This document shows, in pieces, positions 47,901 to 59,860 of a DNA stretch of 64,000 bases. How positions within the stretch are numbered: position 1 is the first letter of the stretch; each line of letters starts with the position of its first letter. This DNA comes from Tubulanus polymorphus (taxonomy: Eukaryota; Animalia; Nemertea): positions 8,893,222 through 8,957,221 of the forward strand of contig NC_134030.1 of the NCBI RefSeq assembly GCF_964204645.1. The letters run 5' to 3'. The notes under the pieces are model-generated. The model saw only the letters and a program-made list of their open reading frames with translations. It did not search any database and was not told the DNA's origin. A program made the position numbers and the translations under genes.

Positions 47901-50900
47901 GGTCTTATGCTTTATTGAGTGCACCCGCGTTAAATAGACTGGTATTACATGTACCTTTAAACTGGGTATGAAACCAAACCTCCACCGGGTCAAAGATAAA
48001 TCAATAAAACTGGGTACTGTGTTTTATGTATGCCTCATGTGAGCTTATAATTTTGATTTTTTCTTGATACTAGAATTGGCTCTTTAAGGCCATAATACAT
48101 TTTATAATAAAACACCTAATCTCTTAAGTTGCATATTAATCCGTCAATGAAAACAAATCTTCAACGTTAAGGGGTGTCAAAACCGGGGTAGTTCATTTCC
48201 CGAATCACGTGGAAACTTGCATTATTGAAATAGTCAGCCAAAAAATCGCGGCAAAATCATCAGATCGACTTCACACACAAAATCGATAACGATTATTTTC
48301 GACAAGTCTTGTCTGACGACGACGACGAAGCGTATGTTCATAACGCCTTGAACGACGGATATAAATCTCAAGTGATCCGTGAACGAGCTGAAATCCCGTA
48401 ATAAAGCCTGTAATAACCGATGCAGTAACCGTGGTAACAGTGTCGTTTAGCCGGCTGCAGTGGCGCGCAACAAGTCGTTAAGCGAACTGTGAGTAATACA
48501 GTCAACAACCACCGACGAGTCTGACTCAACAGATCCTACGAAAACATCACCGACACTGACTAACAACGATGACAAAAATTCAATCTCTCAACGCCGAAAC
48601 AATATCTAATCGTCCGTTAAGACTCGTTATCTCGTCTCAAAACAGGCGTTCATGGAATCTCGCAGCTTGGTTTACAGTCAGTCGTAACTAACAGCTTTGC
48701 ACGCAATGTGACTTGTTAGCTATCTCTTTCCACCGGTAAAAGTAAACCAGCTAATGAATTGAGCAACAGCTCATTCCCTGTTTAAGAATTATAAAAGCAA
48801 AAAGAACAGTAGACCGAATAAGAATTTAAGTAGTGGTGATTGAACCCTGAAATGGGTGGATGGATAAACTGAGAGTCATATGGAAAACTGTCAGACTGTA
48901 TCAATTAGAACCACTAATATTACCACCAGTCTGAGGAAAAACCTATTGATTCTTAGTGACTTGGTCAATGATGGTTCTTCTCACTCTATAGAATGGGGAA
49001 AAAGACACTTGACCGCTCGTAATGAGCCTTGAGTAGTCCTTGGTAGGTGGAAGAATCTAAAACAGTTATAATCCGAGATCAAAATGCTGATAAAATCTTA
49101 ACGAAAGGGACAGATTTCGGTTTGAAAACTTATTGTTCTATAGGGAGAAAGGGTTAAAACCATCATCACTCATTATATCAGTTGATAATACGGATGACTA
49201 ATTGGGTAGTGATGACTGGACCTGTGGATGGAATACGATTTAGCACTTAAGCCGGCGGAGAAAGAATGTAACCTGGTTGAATGAATTGACCACGGCGGTA
49301 GTCGATGATTTTTCAGCTAACATACGGAGAGAGAGAGTCTACCGATCGATCTGAATACCGCCTCTCGAAGCCTGCGAATTAATCATCGTCGGACGGCGAA
49401 CTGATAAAACATGCATTAGCGAAGGATAGCGCACCGCCGTGCAACTCGCATGATGACATGACTAAGACATTAAGATTCAAAGATGTATGCCGTATCACGC
49501 GCTGTAAGGCTCCAGACGGAAATAGCCGAGAAATCAATCCGTCGACGATTCAGGGATGAAATTAATACAAGGCCCGGTGGAGAGTCTATTCACTTCGCGT
49601 CCGCAATTGTAGAATACGTGAAAATTCATCGCTTGACTTTTTGAGTGGAAGGTCACTCGGAGAATCACAACCATCGGAATTCACAACTGTTGATCAGTCA
49701 ATACAACTCAGAAAACTAGAGCTTCACTAGCAATAAATACCCCTCAACCAAAATATGAAGGCTCTACAAATATGGCCGTGGCAGCCATCTTGGATCAAAA
49801 TCGTATAACCGAGATACTAACTTATGAGAAAAATGGTCCAAAACTGCAGACTTTACAGGGGGAAAAGGTGCAGAGTGTTGAATTCGAGCAGAAACAAGGC
49901 TGTGGCAGCCATCTTAGATTACTTGCAGTAGTCAAAAACGATAAAGCAAATCCTCCTCCCATCCATAATCCGTCAACTAAGTTATGAGAAAAGTGGTCGA
50001 CAACTGTGGACAATAGAGCAGGATTCTTACTGGATGCACGCCGGCCAGCCTGGATAGACGGATGGACGAAAGCGACACAAAAATACAGTCTGAAGGGTCA
50101 AAATCCATTACGATGTAAATGACTGGTTTGGTTAAACATTCTACCTACCATTGGATCCAGTTATCAAGCTGTTAAGATTTCCCGCTAGTGCTAACTGAGG
50201 GTATTACTACCAGGTTTGAGGATTTTTTATCGTTATAAGGAAAAAGGCGAGAGAAGAAGTTCCAGCGGGTTTCACAATTCTCAATGGTCGAGAATGAACT
50301 AATATCGACCCTCGGGTGAATCAAACTTAAATCGAAACTGCGGTAAAGGATACCGATTCGTTGACCTCTGCAACCAAAAATGGGAGAGGCGGACTACTAC
50401 TTACTTTGAGGAGGAATCTGTGATTTGGGGCAGCAAACGAACTCAACACCGGCGAACAGGTCGGTACCGCATGGTTGCAACATCGCGTAGTTCTTTTTAT
50501 GTAAGTGCATGTTACGTTCGGCGCATCTCTTCATCGCCGACTGGGTCCAAGCGTCGAAACCTAGACATTTCTTCGGGTCGTGTTCGTGGCTGAAGTTGCA
50601 GTGTCGGGGTACGAGCAGCGCGTCACTTTGGAACGGTCCAACTGCAAAATAATAATAGAACCGTCACTACCGGTTAGTCATTCCTGGATATAAAGGGTTT
50701 TCAAGGAGTTTTATAGGAGAAAGCTTCAAATTTCGAGGAGGTGTCTGCATCACTTTCATATCCCTTCATATAACTGTAGACTCCTCCTAAATAGGTACTG
50801 TTTATCTCCGTAAACCATTAATTCAGTTGTTCTAGTAAACCATTAATTCAGTTGTTCTAGTAAGCTAGTAAGTTTTGGTTTCTTATTTGATAACCGCCTA

Positions 50901-53900
50901 ATTGGGTAAAAAACACCCAGGTCCCAACTGTATCGATTTAGGCGTTGTCCACTGTACAACTACAAACTAGACAAACATTTCTAATGACCTATTTCTCAAA
51001 ATTGAAGGCGTTTCAAAGGAGTTTTGGGCATTGCGTTCAAATTAAAGGAGTTTCCGAACACCTTTGAAAGCATTTTCTGTTTTGAAGGGGTTTTTAAGGA
51101 ATCAATGAGTCGTAGGGAACCTGAATACACATCGGAGAATGTTAGAGAGATATTTTTATGGAAAGAGAAATATCAGTTTTCCGATTTCCGAAAAACTCAA
51201 TGGGTTACTACTCGAGGCGTACTACCGTATATTGGTGGTCTGATAAACATGGATGAAAGTATTTGAATACATTTCATAAATAATTTAAAACGAACCTCTC
51301 ACATGTACACAGCGGATTCTAATTACCAGTCGGATAATTCAGGTTCTAGGGGTTGATTACAATGCAAATCATGCTTTTATACATTTTTTACGAAAAATCG
51401 TTTTGCAGCCAAGCACTATAGAGATATCATCGTCTGAAGCATTATACAGTGAATCAGAACTGTTTTCATTTATGATTACTTAGTCTTGGCTCCTACAATA
51501 TCTATCACCCCTCGCACAAAAAAGGCTACGAACTTAGTTTGACAATTCTGATTAAACTTGGGCATCTGTATCTGAGAAACGGTACGTGCGTATAATATAA
51601 AGTTCATCCTTTTCAGAACGACCAATTCGCTCAGGCGAGGCCATAGTAGAGCCATCGACTAATTTCCTATGAAATATTATCAACCTAGATGATGCGACGC
51701 GAGCTATTACTGAAATATGAACCAGGGCCGATTCAGGACGGATTCAGGACAGAGCCGATAATTACCCATCATTTATACGCGGCTTTCGACAATAAGCCGT
51801 ATATAAGCCACTTCATTAGCAATAGCCGTAGATATAAATAGGAATTCGCGTTGGTATATTATCTGATATCCGATAATTAGTCTGTGTTGTATGTGTTTAG
51901 GATCTTCCGCTCGAATCGTTTTAATTGACATTTACAGCATTCTTTTTTTACGGTTTATTTATCGCGACGGTATAATAGCCCGATGGTAGTGTTCCAAATC
52001 TACCCATAATCTCGCAGCCCAATGGTAGAGTTCCCAATATTCCCATAATCTCGCAGCCCAATGGTAGAGTTCCCAATAATCTCACAGCCCAATGGTAGAG
52101 TTCCCAATCTTCCGAAAACCTTGCAGCCCAATGGTAGAGTTCCCAATCATCCCATAATCTCGCAGCCCAATGGTAGAGTTCCCAATCTTCCCATAATCTC
52201 GCAGCCCCATGGTAGAGTACCCAATCTTCCCATAATCTTGCAGCCCTATGGTAGAGTTCCCAATCTTCCCATAATCTTGCAGCCTGATGGTAGAGTTCCC
52301 AATCATCCCATAATCTTGCAAAATTTCAGTTGCGACTGTTCAGGCCCAATAGAGTAAAGCATTCAAACTCAAAATATCATGCTTTTCAAAGGCTTTCCGG
52401 GTGATAATAATGACTTGAAATATGTCTAGACATTTCAACGCCAAGACGGTAAAAAAATTGTTTATAAAATATTTCACTTTTCCATCATAACCGCCTTCAA
52501 AAAAGTGTCTCGAACCGCTGCCAAACGAACGGCCTACACACGCGGGCGGGGGCGGCAGAGACATTTACAATAATGACAGATGCGAGACTAGGAATAAGAG
52601 CGAACCAATTACGGCAAGTGCCTGGAATTTCCCTGTCGGAATCGTTACAAATTCTCCGCTAATTATCGTCGTTGCGTTTCAGTCGGCCCGCAGCTCAGCT
52701 AATATACAAACGGATGTCCATCGGGAATATTTACAGGGTGGCCATTACCGCCCGTTTATAAATCCCTTAAAAAGATTTCCCCAATTTTTCCATGCAATTG
52801 CCCGAAATTCCTTGAGTGAATCAGAGAAATTTCATGGAATCACGTACTGATAAAGAAACAAGTGTTGCGCAATTCCATGACTTTTCCAGGTTTTAGGTAA
52901 ATTTGTCGAATTCCCTGATTTTTTCTAGACTTCTCCGATTCCCAGTTTTCCTAGTTTTCCAGGTCAGTGGCAACCCTCATTTACTGTTGGTGCATATACC
53001 AAATTAATATAGGTTCTTATCTAATAGATTATTTTCGAAATTTGAAACTTTGAGTTTATCAAAAGTTATACATGTACATCGAAGACATACAGGGATATAT
53101 AATGACATACACACTAAAAATGGTCAATGAAATCTTCTGGCATTAATTTCCTCTAAACTCGTCTCGCGACATCAATTCTACCTCGAGAGGAGAAAAACTG
53201 TTGATGGGCAAATTAATTATTCTACTCTTGGCAACAGAAGAGCAAGCGCTCTTCGAGCGCTCATAATAATCTCGCATTGGCTCAATGCATTTCCTTATTG
53301 CGGATTATCTGAAATCTTAATCGGCGAACGCTGAAAAAAAAAAACGATCTTCTCGATTAAATCGATTCCGCTTTCTCGACACAGTTGAATCTTTAGTGGA
53401 AGAAGTATAACAGTTTTTAACGATGATTTCAGCGGAGTGATGAGTACAGCGGACTCCACTCGAGACAGATCCGGGCAACTGGGATAACGCGTTAACTCTT
53501 TACTTGTTGGTACATTTTCCCAACGCTGAATTATATAAGCCATAGGCGATAATGGTCGTTGGGCTCAGGCTGCAATCTAGAACTTCAAAATTACCATATG
53601 TTCGTTCCCATTTTTGAAATGTCGTATCTACTAGGGCCAATAGCTAAATTTTGTCGAGACAACTTTTTAAATATAGATTACATTCCTCAATTATGAGCTC
53701 ATCTTCAAAGTCAGGTCACAGAAAAATAGGGTTTTTAATGCCTAGTTCTGTCATTAGGTGGCGCACTGGGCCTATTGTTCACACTGCACAACTAGACCCT
53801 ATACTATGAATTGTATCCAAGTTTCATCAAGATCGATCTGAAAGACAGACGGACAGTGGAAGCTTGAGATCTAATACGATCCAACTTGGATATCGCTCAA

Positions 53901-54226
53901 TACTCAAGTTTCCTAGTCCAAAATGATCCATGAAGCAGAGTCTTCTGCACATCACTTTTCGATTGACATTAAAATCATCGATTTCTTATGAATAATCAAC
54001 CTCTCAGGCAATCATCGCGTTTCATAGTGGCCTACGCGATGAAAGCGCCACCTGGCGACCATACCCGGTAGCCAAACTATAAAGCATACGTACCGAGACA
54101 TCGGATTGGTCGTATTGTGTATTCTCCGTTTCGGTGACAATGTTTGTGGTTACGTTTGCACCAGTTGCTGATCGTCTCGAAATGTGTCGCTTCGACGATG
54201 TTAGTAATGTCCATACCGGGATACAT
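38945..54226 (-). CDS. APP: Amyloid precursor protein family member (APP/APPL), 5'-partial
   Basis: Phase-consistent GT-AG exons: 54226-54094 (GFLD: YPGMDITNIVEA...NWCKRNHKHC...RPIRCL), 50641-50405 (CuBD: DALLVP...MLQPCGTDLFAGVEFVCCP), 45506-45256, 44539-44444, 43521-43363, 42824-42596 (E2: HYIRAEQKDRIHTINHFEHV), 41346-41227, 40731-40490, 39232-38945 (TM, FVEVD, NGYENPTYKYFE). No KPI exon seen. Signal-peptide and first GFLD exons were not found before 64000. Confidence 0.95.
42290..42310 (-). CDS. APP: Candidate 21-nt symmetric microexon of APP
   Basis: TTTCTCTCTATGTTTTTATTTATGTCTAG|TGAAAAGATTTAATTTCACTG|GTAAGA; phase 1-1 like the flanking exons, no stop. Confidence 0.6.
42908..43190 (-). 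mobile_element. piggyBac-type MITE (TTAA target)
   Basis: TTAA|TCCTTT ... TGAAAGGG|TTAA; internal homology to 63527-63783. Confidence 0.75.
45541..45793 (-). mobile_element. piggyBac-type MITE, diverged copy
   Basis: Ends CTGAAAGGG|TTAA; internal homology to the other copies. Left boundary approximate. Confidence 0.65.
45856..46122. repeat. Foldback element with ~115-bp inverted arms
   Basis: The arm CAATACGGGTTATAGGCCTAACGTTCGTTACC...AAGCATTTTCT is near-perfectly mirrored at ~46002-46122 around a ~30-nt loop. Confidence 0.9.
47003..47488 (+). mobile_element. piggyBac-type MITE interrupted by a nested MITE
   Basis: TTAA|CCCATTCAG start. Host sequence (consensus GTGAAATATTAGTAACTAAC) resumes after the insert; right end degenerate. 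Confidence 0.7.
47149..47344. mobile_element. PIF/Harbinger-type MITE nested in the piggyBac MITE
   Basis: Perfect TIR AGCCCAACGCACACGGCA / TGCCGTGTGCGTTGGGCT flanked by TAA and TTA. Confidence 0.8.
51977..52320. repeat. 39-bp minisatellite, ~9 units
   Basis: Unit ~CAGCCCAATGGTAGAGTTCCCAATCTTCCCATAATCTCG; one unit shortened. Confidence 0.95.
52734..52978. mobile_element. MITE with CAGGGTGGCCA TIRs and 5-bp TSD
   Basis: ATTTA duplicated at 52729-52733 and 52979-52983; homologous to 15292-15549. Confidence 0.75.
53631..53836 (+). repeat. Dispersed repeat (second copy ~61080-61264)
   Basis: CTAGG.CCAATAGCTAAATTT.GTC.AGAC...GCCTAGTTCTG....TAGGTGGC.CACTGGGCC...CCAAGTTTCATCAAGATC is shared by both loci. 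Confidence 0.8.
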
Positions 54227-57200
54227 CTGGAAAATACGAGAAGATAAACGTGTGAATATACTTTTTTTTTAAAGGTTTACATAATGGTAGCAAGCAGAAA
54301 AGAAGTACCCGGTAATGAATATGACAATATGTCACTTGAAAGCATTAATATGCAGTCAGCAGATCATCACCCTGTCTTTACCTACCCGCAATTTTATATC
54401 CATATTTGGAAATTTCAATCTTTCTTTATTCGAAAAAAATTCCATCAATTTGTTTTAAAATAAAATCATCTTTATTTTCCTTTACAATTTCAGTTACATA
54501 TAATGCAAAATCTGTTGTTTTTAATAGAATAACGAAAAACACCAGCCTGCCTGGTCACTTTGGTTGGTAGAGAAGGGGGAGAAACATGGTAGCATTTTAC
54601 TAAGCCTCGAAATACATTTTCTTTTTAAAAAAGAGCTAACATACAGGCATCTGCTATGAAAGTAAAAATCATAATATTCTATTTATTTACCAAACAAGAT
54701 GCTGCACAAAGTTCTCAGGTTTTAGCGACTCGGAGGGAGTTAAAGTTAACATTTGTTAGAGGAAAAAAAATACCCGCAGCGAGCATTCTCAAGTCTAGAT
54801 ATACAAACGCTAATAGGAAGACTAGACATTTCAGTTTATCATGTCGAGGGAGATGAAGAAAGATCAAAGGAAGGCGAAAAAGATTTCGGGAACCAGAGCC
54901 ACGCCTCCCATTGTGCAGGTTAGTACCGGGAGATAATATTGAATACGAAAATTGAATACGAAAACTGTATCCGGGTACTGCTACATGAAGTATCTCTCAC
55001 ATGGAGTCATCGCCCCGATAATGCGTGACTCAAATGACAATTTAGACCATGATTGTTCATTATATTATCTTAAGCAAAACGCAGAGGTCGCACTAAGATC
55101 GATCTGATTGTCTACGATTTGGTCCTAAGAACACTCGCCAACTCGCCAATTCGGCCAAGACTTGTTTTGTAGGATCTTAGCCCTACACTCGGGTCACCTG
55201 AGATCCACGATCGTTTTGAACCGACTGCTTAAGTCATGTGATGTATACATCGCCGTTTATTGGCTATGACCTTACGATCGGTCGTAAGTACACTCTGGTC
55301 ACGAAAGATCCGATCCAATCGTCGTAAGAAATAGAACACGTCTGATCGGCGATCAGTACAATGTTGTAAAAATTCCCCGACTGAAAAATGGGCGACTGGT
55401 TGTGGATTCCTTACAACCTAACAATTGGGTCAGATCTAATGCGACCTGAGTTAGGCCATGGACTCTGGCTCCATGGTTAGGCTTAGGGTATTTGCGAGCA
55501 GATCTACAGCCTGCGCTCACACGGAGACGATTAAGCACGGGCCAAGAAATTGCCACCGATCGGACCCGGACAATTTGGCCCGTGCCTAATTAGAGAGCGC
55601 GCTCACACATAAATCACTCACTCAATACTATGTAAACAATGCTGAAACAAAGCGAAATGAGTCACTTTGTTGCAATTCACATGCAATAATTTGACCTGTG
55701 CTATAAAATTTTGGCCCGGGCCCATTTGGTACCCCTGCAAACAGAGTTGTTCCGGGTCTAACTTGGCATGGGCCAAAAATACTGGCGTGATCGTATAAAT
55801 TCCTGCCAGGACGCATAACAGTCACAATTCGCTACTTATTACATATCGCGCTTCGTAATTCATTGTTCGGTCGGTCCTGCTCGCGATGATTCGATTTGTC
55901 AACATTTTTGTCATCGCCCGCACGAAAAATTAAATCCGCCGATGAAAAGGCTGCGATAGATGTATCGAATGGCAGTTGTTTCATCTGTGTAAATCAGTTT
56001 AACTGTCGCAGAGATAATTGAATTAAACGGCGATGAAATTCATCAGTCTACACTACTAACCAGCACAGCATCAACACTGATTTTTCTCAGGTCTCAGAGT
56101 GGCACATCGCTGAGAAAACAACATATCGGGAAATGTTAAAAGGTGACTTAAACTTCTTGTTCACGCTTACTTAGACGGTTTTTTTTAAATACTTGCAGTA
56201 CAGATTTCTCCGGAAGGGCCAAAGGTATAAATAAGAAGATTTTGTTCTTTTACACGCATTTTAAATGGAAAAGAACAGGGTAAAATTATTTCAAAACTGT
56301 ATTTTCCTAAGTCAGTTTCTAAAAAACAACTGTGATATTTATAGATTTTCAGATGAAAATTTCCGACCATCAGAGGGATGACATTTCAGATCGAAATGAT
56401 ATCAAGAATCCACGAGGAACTGCGTTAAATACGAAAATACCGCGTAGTGAAGCGGACTTAGTATCCATCAATTGAATTGACATCGGGTACATTCAAGTTA
56501 AACGACGCCAGTCATTCCATCAAAATGCGATTTGTATAAATCCTTTTTTCCTCGTCGTCCCAAATCTCTCGTCGTTCGCGACGGCGAATGATCGAAGATG
56601 AAATTTACCATGGCAACCGACGGTTATTTTCGATTGAAGAAGAACGCGACGAAGCTGACACCGAAGATGACCCTCATCGTCGTCGCGCGGAGCAAGTCTC
56701 GTTGAATTTCCCGGGAAATTAATTGGAGACATAGCCTTTTGTCTATAATAGGAGTATGATTATGAAATATGAAATCTTGTCCGAGCTTCCCTGGTGGAAG
56801 ATAGGATATTAAGAGGCAGCAAAGCAGTCAATAGATTTTAAGATATCGCTTTTAATGACTATTGAGCCCAAATTCAATTCTAGTCTTATGTCATCTAAAC
56901 TACAATCCTTTAAAATCAATGAATCATACCATCGGAGTTAAAACTATTGCTGCAGACAGACTACTCCCCCTCCCATTTCACCCATTTATTTTTCCGAAAA
57001 ACAAAAAAAAATTAAAATAAATTTCAACGTTTCCATTTTAACTTTTTGGCTTAGTGATTGAGGAACTTCTATCTAATGCGCGCAGTTGTGCAGTCAAAAA
57101 GCCTCCTTTCATCTGGACACTCGCACCATTTATATAGCAAAAGGGTCAGCCTACGGCTGGCCTAAAACCTTGATGTCAATATTGTCTCAAGAGACTAAAA

Positions 57201-58279
57201 TTTCCTAAAGTTTCCGTTTCAATTTCAAACTTTTTTAACACATATCTCAAACCATTACCGATCAACGAACTCCTTTAATTTCGCTTAGCTTTAGAATCTT
57301 AACTTCATAAAAGAAAAAACTGATAACCGTACATAGCCTACTTGTGCTATTGTCTTTTTTTCATTGTTGAATAACCACCACAGAGAAATAGAGGATAGGC
57401 ATCGATTTACATGAAACGGCTTTCAGAAACGGCTTTCAGACGGTACTGAAATTAGATCGGACTATCGGGCGAAATGCGCAAGTTTAAGATTTCTCTCATA
57501 GACAGGTAGGCCGCGGTACAAGCGAGATACACGCGTGTATCTATCTAGAAAACCAGAAATATGAACGCATTTAAAAGAAAAATAACAAAAAACCTTCGTA
57601 ACAAGATTCACGACGACGACAGGACGTATTCTAGCAGGACGAAGTTTCGGTCCGTGATTCGAAGGAAATTGGACCGGATGCAAAACAAAGACGACGAAAG
57701 AATTTCCCGGGAGAAAATTAGAATATACGAGACCCTGTTTCAAAGAATGTTTCGTTTCATCGCCGATACAGAGGGAAATTACACCGGGCTTCGTATTACT
57801 ATTTTTCTTATTTCGCGAGACTTTACAAAAAACGACGAAATTGAACTTTCTGAAACACGCCGGGAATGACCACCCGTGCTTCCAGAAAATGATTAACACT
57901 ACCTAAGAAAAGTTCAACCATAACGAATCTGATTTCAAACTATTTACTGCCTAATTACATTGTGATTTCGCTAGTATTTATTCATATTTTTTAATAATCC
58001 AATTCGTTTTGATCAACAGTTCCATCGAACCGTCATCTTGTTCTCGAAGCATCAAGAAAAATATTTCCGAGAAACCACGTTCACTATCACGATGTCACTC
58101 TGAAATAAATTGCAACCATCTCATACAATATTGTCTTAAGTCTTTAGTCGACATATCCACACCCGACTACCTGGTATTTCCATTGTGGAATAGTTTTCAG
58201 TAATATTTCGTAATACTTCGACGTAAAAAATAACAGTTTAATTGAAAATGAACTAGAAACCTTTTTGATTTTCAGTGTA

Positions 58280-58477
58280 CAGTCAACCCCCCATATACCG
58301 CCCACATCGGTGCAGAACGATTTTGGCAGTATAGAGAGTATGGCGGTATATCGGGGGCGTTTGACTATGTATTTGTATAGAGATGTACATCGAGAAAACC
58401 TGGCGATAGGCGGGTATATGGGATGGCGGTATATGGGAGGGCGGTATATGGGATGGCGGTATATAGGGGTTGACTTG
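58280..58477. mobile_element. Tc1/mariner-pogo type MITE (TA target)
   Basis: TA|CAGTCAACCCC ... GGGGTTGACTTG|TA, with subterminal GGCGGTATAT repeats. Confidence 0.8.
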
Positions 58478-59556
58478 TACTATGTTGATTTTGAATTTTG
58501 GTACAAATTTAGCTCTCAGATGAGTAGGATCACTACTCTCTCAAATACTAGTGGTAGTCAGGTTTGCGTATCCATAAACGAAGAGATTTCAGAATTATTC
58601 ACGATTGAAAAACAAATAACACGGGAACACTTTATTGGAGGCAATTTGGAGATTGAATCATATCGGCTTAGTGTGTTTGTATCCACTGCCAAACCTCCAC
58701 GAATAAAATCAATATCGCTGAAGTTAAGAAGCTTAAAATGGAAAAAAAATGCCTAGCATATTTATAATCTGCCAGTATTTTTGAATACGTTCGAATTAAA
58801 TCTCCGAGCTCGTTCGTCATATACACATTTTTTTCGCGTTTTTCCCGCCTACGTCGTCGTCGTCGTTGTCGTGGTGACAGTTACGGTCCCTATCATCAAC
58901 TGTTTTGCGAACGTACGCGGTTGACATTTGTAAATGAAATTATGATTTCTGTATGAAGCATATTACGCCGACGTATAGTCGGGGTGTGCGCGCGCTGCTT
59001 CGACGATCAATGAGTACTTCGTCGTATTATGGAAGTCAAGTTCGCCTAATTCGTAACTTTAGGGATGAACGAATACGTTTAAATCGACTGAAATACTAAA
59101 CGATCGCGATACGGCCGAGAATGTTTTTAAGTTATTCGTCACGAAGGCTGATTGGTCGACGAATGAAAAATTCCCGTTTAAATCTTACCGATAAAATCTT
59201 ACCCTTCAATCGGTTTGAAAGGAAAGATATTAGATAATCGGTTTTTGGATATCTTCAAGATATCTGTCGGTCCAATACACGATGTTTGCCCCCATGCGTC
59301 TCCGAACGAGGAGAACATTAATTTGAACACTTAAAAATCGAACTGCAGTTGATACGTTATGATAATTGTTGATATTTGTTCTCTGCTGTGACAGAGTATA
59401 TAAATTGGAAATTGAAATGTTCCAGAACACTTTATATGTTCCAACTCAATGTTCCCACTGTGCCGGCTGCTCTAATGGGTGTTCTGAGTTTTAACAGCAT
59501 AAGATGGTATTTGTCACGGGATCAGTTACTCATTAATGACGGTCGAGATCAATGAG

Positions 59557-59860
59557 TGGATGACTGATTGTGACAATCAACATATGGATGACTGATTGTG
59601 ACAATCAACATGCGGATGACTGATTGTGACAATCTAACAGCGGATGACTGATTGTGACAATCGACCAGTGGACAACTGATTGTGACAATCAAACAGTGGA
59701 TGACTGATTGTGATAATCCACCAGTGGACGACTGATTGTAACAATCAAACAGTGGATGACTGATTGTGACAATTGACCAGTGGGACAGTTGATTGTGACA
59801 ATCAAACAGTGGATGACTAATTATGACAATCAGACAGTGGTAACTGATTGTGACGACCAG
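59557..59860. repeat. 28-bp minisatellite with palindromic core, ~11 units
   Basis: Unit TGGATGACTGATTGTGACAATCAAACAG; starts at 59557, 59585, 59613 and so on. Confidence 0.95.

Noticed and set aside
52061-52357. ORFs with 13-aa repeats on both strands
   Set aside because: By-products of the stop-free 39-bp minisatellite.
56185-56230. Missing APP GFLD exon (YCK-like codons)
   Set aside because: The surrounding translation has no GFLD similarity and no suitable donor; the true exon is probably beyond 64000.
59557-59860. CRISPR-like array of palindromic repeats
   Set aside because: Units are contiguous with no unique spacers, there are no cas genes, and the context is an animal intron; it is a minisatellite.
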